Source: Podarcis muralis
Lineage: Eukaryota
NCBI RefSeq assembly: GCF_964188315.1
Contig: NC_135664.1
Coordinates: 45,694,001 to 45,758,000 of the forward strand
Direction: 5' to 3'
Length of the DNA stretch: 64,000 nucleotides
A program made the position numbers and the translations under genes. Positions 59,601-64,000 of this stretch are shown here, piece after piece (the stretch's first letter is position 1; each line of letters begins with the position of its first letter). Under the pieces are notes generated by a model. That model did not search any database. It saw only the letters and a program-made list of their open reading frames with translations, and was not told where the DNA came from.

Positions 59601-60926
59601 TTTCCAGGGCTCAATAAATACAGTGCTTTCCAGAAGCAGTGGTTTTGTGTCTCGCTGCCCACCTCCGCATTATTTTCAATTCCTTGCTGGTTTGAGATGG
59701 CTTGAGCCTCCTGGCACATAGACTTTACAGCCAGGGTGATGATCCTGAGACTCTCCAGATGTTGCCAAATTCCAGCTCTCATTGGCCCCAGTTGGCCGGT
59801 GGTCACTGGTCACAGGCGATGAGGACTGTAGTGCAAAAATATCTAGTCCATCATTGCATTTTCATTGTGGCCAATCAGCTGTCTAAGGGAAGTGGGACCT
59901 GAGTGCAACAGCATTCTGCTCACTTGTGATTCCCAGCAACTGATATAAAGCTATCCATTTTTGGGTGAAAGTGTGGCATATATGCCTTGAAGTAAATAAA
60001 TAAATCTGAGGTCTGGCAGGGGGACTCATATTCTGCCTTAATGGGGGGTGGAAATTGGATGGTGATGATGATGCGGGTAATAATAATTATTATTTATACC
60101 CTGCCCATCTAGCTGGGTTTCCCCAGCCACTCTGGGCGGCTCCCAACAGAATATTAAAAACATGATAAAACATCAAACATTAAAAACTTCCCTAAACAGG
60201 GCTGCCTTCAGATGTCTTCTAAAAATAAGATAGTTGTTTATTTCCTTGACATCTGATGGGACGGCGTTCCACAGGGTGGGCACCACTACTGAGAAGGCCC
60301 TCTGCCTGGTTCCCTGCAACCTCACTTCTTGCAGTGAGGGAACCGCCAGAAGGCCCTTGGCGCTGGACCTCAGAGTCCGAGTTGAACGATGCGGGTGGAG
60401 ACGCTCCTTCAGGTCTACGGGGCCAAGGCCGTTTAGGGCTTTAAAGGTCAGCACCAACACTTTGAATTGTGCTCAGAAACGAGTCTGTGTTTTTCAAGTA
60501 TAGTAAGGCTGCAACTTACAGAAGGAATACACCTAAAGCCAAAATTGTGTATTGTCCAAACACATTGGGTTCAATGGCAGGTGGGATTGCCAAAGTCTTT
60601 TTTACTGGACACTTTTTTCCCTTTCTGCTCCCTTTTTATTCATTTTTTTTTATTATGCCAAGCATGTTGAGCTTGAATGCGCACATGTTAAATACACCCA
60701 GGTTGTGGGCTTACGGTATTCTATACTTGCCTGCTCATTTTAACCACCACGTCCAGCACCTTAATTCTAAGCGGCCAATAGTAAAGATTCTTCTTATCCT
60801 TAGGGTGGGAATGATTATGAAATCTATGACGACCCTCGCACGGTGGGGCACAGCATCCAGTCTCCCCAAGACACAGTCCGGAGGTGCCGGGAGATCTTCT
60901 TTCCAGAGACAGTGAATGAATCTTGA
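46974..60926 (+). CDS. PMM1: Phosphomannomutase 1 (HAD family), 258 aa
   Basis: join(46974..47048, 51372..51489, 53398..53474, 54401..54492, 55770..55869, 56191..56266, 57676..57791, 60804..60926) = 777 nt. HAD motif [47 protein letters not shown]. The LRFSRGGMISFD segment is PMM1-type rather than PMM2-type. Confidence 0.98.
51518..51597. repeat. About 16-bp minisatellite, 5 units
   Basis: (GGT)GCTTTTGTTTAAT repeated, starting 29 nt into PMM1 intron 2. Confidence 0.9.
54810..55038. mobile_element. Tc1/mariner (Tigger-like) MITE, variant TIR
   Basis: CAGTGGAACCTCAGG ... CCAAGGTTCCACTG with TA flanks. Confidence 0.85.
55939..55958 (+). repeat. (GGGT)5 microsatellite
   Basis: Read directly in PMM1 intron 5. 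Confidence 0.9.
58355..58692 (+). mobile_element. Sauria SINE, 5'-truncated
   Basis: Starts near the B box (GGTTCAAATCC); core and (CCTTTA)n tail present. Confidence 0.85.
58816..59060 (+). mobile_element. Sauria SINE, 3' half
   Basis: Runs from AGTGCAAGTAGATAAATAGGTACC to a CCTTTA tail. Confidence 0.85.
60078..60480 (-). mobile_element. L2 LINE 3' end
   Basis: Minus [44 protein letters not shown] is the L2 ORF2 C-terminus, followed by a 3' UTR with GGGAGCCGCCCAGAG and an (AAT)n tail. Confidence 0.9.
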
Positions 60927-62720
60927 CTCGTGGTGTCCCTGCTGCTCTCGATCACTCGGATGAGACCCTCACTCACCTTAGGAAAGCACCTTTTGGATCC
61001 TTTCAGGACTTGCTGAGGCCCAAGGTCAAAATGCACTTTGGAAACGGGAGCCGGAGTGTCAGAAAGGGAGGGAGATGATGAAAGCTGTTCATCAGTTGCG
61101 CCATCATCTTGCTACTGGGGAACTGCAGAACCCCAATTGCCATACCCTCATTCCCACCAATCGAGGTAAAGTGTTGTTGTTTATGTTTAAAGTGAAACCT
61201 GTATCCTAGTTAAGGCTTTTTTCCTTTCTTATCTGGAAGCTAATAATCCCCACAGATTCACCCAAATGAACCTATTTTTGAGATGATGATTATAATGATT
61301 GAAATAATTTATATACCCCCTTCCATTTCAGGAAGAACTGCCAAGGCGATATTTTTGAGATGAATCTCAGAAAGACACTAAAGTTATATTTAAAAGGAAG
61401 CAGGGCCTGTAGTGTTACAAGTACAAGACCTGTCAAGTATTTTCATATTCTTGAACCATCAATGTGGTTGGCAAATTATTTTTTGAGAGCCTTTTTAATG
61501 TGCGAAAGGAGAGCGTAACCTGAACGATAAATAATGGCCCCTCCTAGCAGTAGTAATGTTTTGTTTTGTTTTTTAGACATTGACACATGGCTATTGTGCC
61601 AGAATGTGGATGGAATATGCACTTCACATCCATTGAAAGCAATGCAGTATGGATGCTGGCATCCACACTGAGATGCACATCTCATTTATGCCTGGGCTTC
61701 CTGATCTGGCAAGTGATACCTGTACAGAAACTTTCTGCTGCATGCAGATCTCCATCACTCGATCAGGCTGAACAACAGTGCTGAATTGTGCATCTTTAAA
61801 CAGTTTTCAGCTATGTTAGTTGGATGACCTTTGAGCAATGTTAGGGATTGTGCTGTTGTAAAGGACTTTGTAACAAAGGCAACATGTTCATTTGGCCCCC
61901 AAAGTAAAGAGTATAAAAGACCATGGGGCCCTTCAACAAAATGTTGCAGTGTGGAGAGTTCCTGTTCAGTGCCCTCCCCCCGGATATTCCATTCCATCCT
62001 CAGAAAGCATTCTGTGGCCCCTGAGCACCTTCAGGCTTCAGCAGTTGTTTTGGGTGGTGGTTGTTTTCCTTAAATATCCTCTGTTCTTCCCAAACCTGCA
62101 ACTATCTCCCTCTTCTGTATATGTGGTGTTTTGTCTACATAAACAATGGCACTCGCACTGAAAATAGGGAGAATGATGGTTTGAGCATAGGGCAACAGAA
62201 GGACCAAGTTCTAATGCATTCACACATTCATAAATCCAGATGAATTAAACCAGGTTTATGAATGAGGAAATGTTTACAGCTGTAGCTTTAATATCATTCC
62301 TGATTAGTCATCAGATTGCGATGTAGATTTCCTTCTAGACTTGTCTGATTAAGAATCTCAAGTTCAGATTTACTAAATGTTTGAATGTGAAATTAGCTAT
62401 AAACTACTGAGACTAGCCAAACTGTAGCAAACATTGCTACTGTTTATTGTTTCCATAAGCATATATTCTATTTTAAATTACCTTCAGTGTAGACAGAGCA
62501 GCAGCCTTCATTACTGTAGTCTCCAAACCTTAGATTTTTATATTTAACACAGAAATATTTTCTTTAGTTTCCAGAGGGGTAATGCTGTTAGTCTACTGCA
62601 GCAAAAAGAAAGAGACTAAATATTTGCCTGTTTCTGCCTTTAGATAAAAATAGTGATGGTTAATTGCAAAAGGTTCTTCCTCTGGTTGGTGACTTCCCAT
62701 GAGAGTACAATTATATATGC

Positions 62721-63113
62721 TAGGGCTGGGCAATATATCAATATATTGTCCAAAACCCATTTGAAGGCCACATGGTGATATCAGTTTCATAAATCACAAA
62801 TCATGGTGTGTGTTCAGACTGGACGATATATCATCCAAAACTGGTTTGAAGTCCATTTCATGGTATCGGGTTCATAATTTTGGACCTGGCAAAATATCAT
62901 AAATCATAATGTGTGTGTGTATGTATGTATGTATGTATGTTGCAGGGAGCAGCAAATCACAAGAGCAGTCGCTGGCAAAAATCACGATGCAGGAAAAGCT
63001 GTGACGCCAGCCAATGCCTCTACATAGCTCCATCCTTATTTCAGACATTGTGATATATTGGTATATCACGATGTTTAGCTGTGGCTATATCATGATGTTG
63101 AAAACCAGCCCTA
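62721..63113. mobile_element. hAT non-autonomous element
   Basis: TIR TAGGGCTGG / CCAGCCCTA; exact 8-bp TSD ATATATGC at 62713-62720 and 63114-63121. Confidence 0.85.
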
Positions 63114-64000
63114 ATATATGCATTCCACATACTGTGCCACACTAAGATTGAGTTGCTTCATGCTGCTTACTTTTCATTAAACAAACAAACAAATAAATAA
63201 ACAAAACAACAAAAAAAACAACCCCAGTTCCTAGCTCTCATGGTTTCATGCACAGTGTTGTGAATTTGGAAGCAAAGCCTTCCAAGCAGTAAAAGAACTC
63301 AGAACTGGATGCTATGACTCAACTTTCCTTTGTATCTGTTAAGATGCCCCTCTGGTCATTGTCTTGTCTGCCCTTTGTATCCTATTCCCTTCTACACTTG
63401 TCCTCATCATTCTTTCACCCCAGTCAAAAAATATCTCAATATTTTCCAATAAGCCAACAATGTATTTCACTCGGAGCCAGTTATGGGTTGACAATTTGCA
63501 TATTTACAGGTTTATGCTGATGAAGATGAGCATTGTTTTTGTCAGTGCCAATAGATCAAGGGTACAGAAGCTGTGACTTGACTATAATTCCCATCACCAA
63601 TGACCACTTCAGCTTTGGACACTGGGAGTCCAGCAGTATCTCAAGGGGAAGAGGTTCTTTCATCCATGCAGGACACCCAGTCCATAGCACATTTGAGCAG
63701 GGCGTAAGGAGGACACAGGTAGAGTGTATGTGCCCTTTAAACAACAGGTAAATAAATTCAGGATACCTGCTGTCCTACAAGGCTGTCCCCTCCAAGATTC
63801 CTGAAAGAAGGAAAGCACAAAAAACATTAATAAAGGGCACGACCCTTTTATTATATACTCCTCAGTAGAAGATAGCTGTCTACACTCCATAGGTCTCATA
63901 AACTGTGTCTGTACTCCCACCCTCTGCCTCAAAGGCAGGCCGCGGGCTTTGTATGGCACAGGTCAGAACTTATACAGTTCAACTGAAACTCCAGGAAAAA

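Noticed and set aside
61000-64000. Expected next gene in the recalled synteny (CSDC2)
   Set aside because: No cold-shock-domain coding exon recognised on either strand; at most its 3' UTR could be here.
1-64000. CRISPR arrays, operons or prokaryotic defence systems
   Set aside because: The sequence is vertebrate, with spliceosomal introns; the repeats are SINE, LINE, MITE and microsatellite, with no repeat-spacer array.

Overview
Eukaryotic (vertebrate) genomic DNA, not prokaryotic. The repeats (Sauria SINE/Squam1, a Squam3-like SINE, a tRNA-Lys/CR1-tail SINE, a BovB tail, L2, hAT and Tc1/mariner-type MITEs) point to a squamate reptile, probably a lacertid lizard. I reconstructed five spliced genes by hand from GT-AG exons whose translations match vertebrate proteins as I recall them: MEI1 (- strand, first 5 coding exons; the gene continues off the left edge), SNU13 (+, complete, 128 aa), XRCC6/Ku70 (-, complete, 12 coding exons, 610 aa), DESI1 (+, complete, 169 aa) and PMM1 (+, complete, 258 aa). 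Order and orientation match the human 22q13.2 block as I recall it. There is one 158-N assembly gap (21077-21234). Most ORF-track entries are spurious intronic or CpG-island frames. The most interesting signal is a predicted box C/D-type kink-turn formed between SNU13 intron 2 (CTGA, 10333-10336) and exon 3 (TGT-GA-TG, 10431-10437). It encloses SNU13's own last 3' splice site and sits beside an in-frame upstream alternative acceptor, so it is a candidate autoregulatory splicing switch read by the SNU13 protein. All comparisons to other species are from memory; no searches or folding programs were run.
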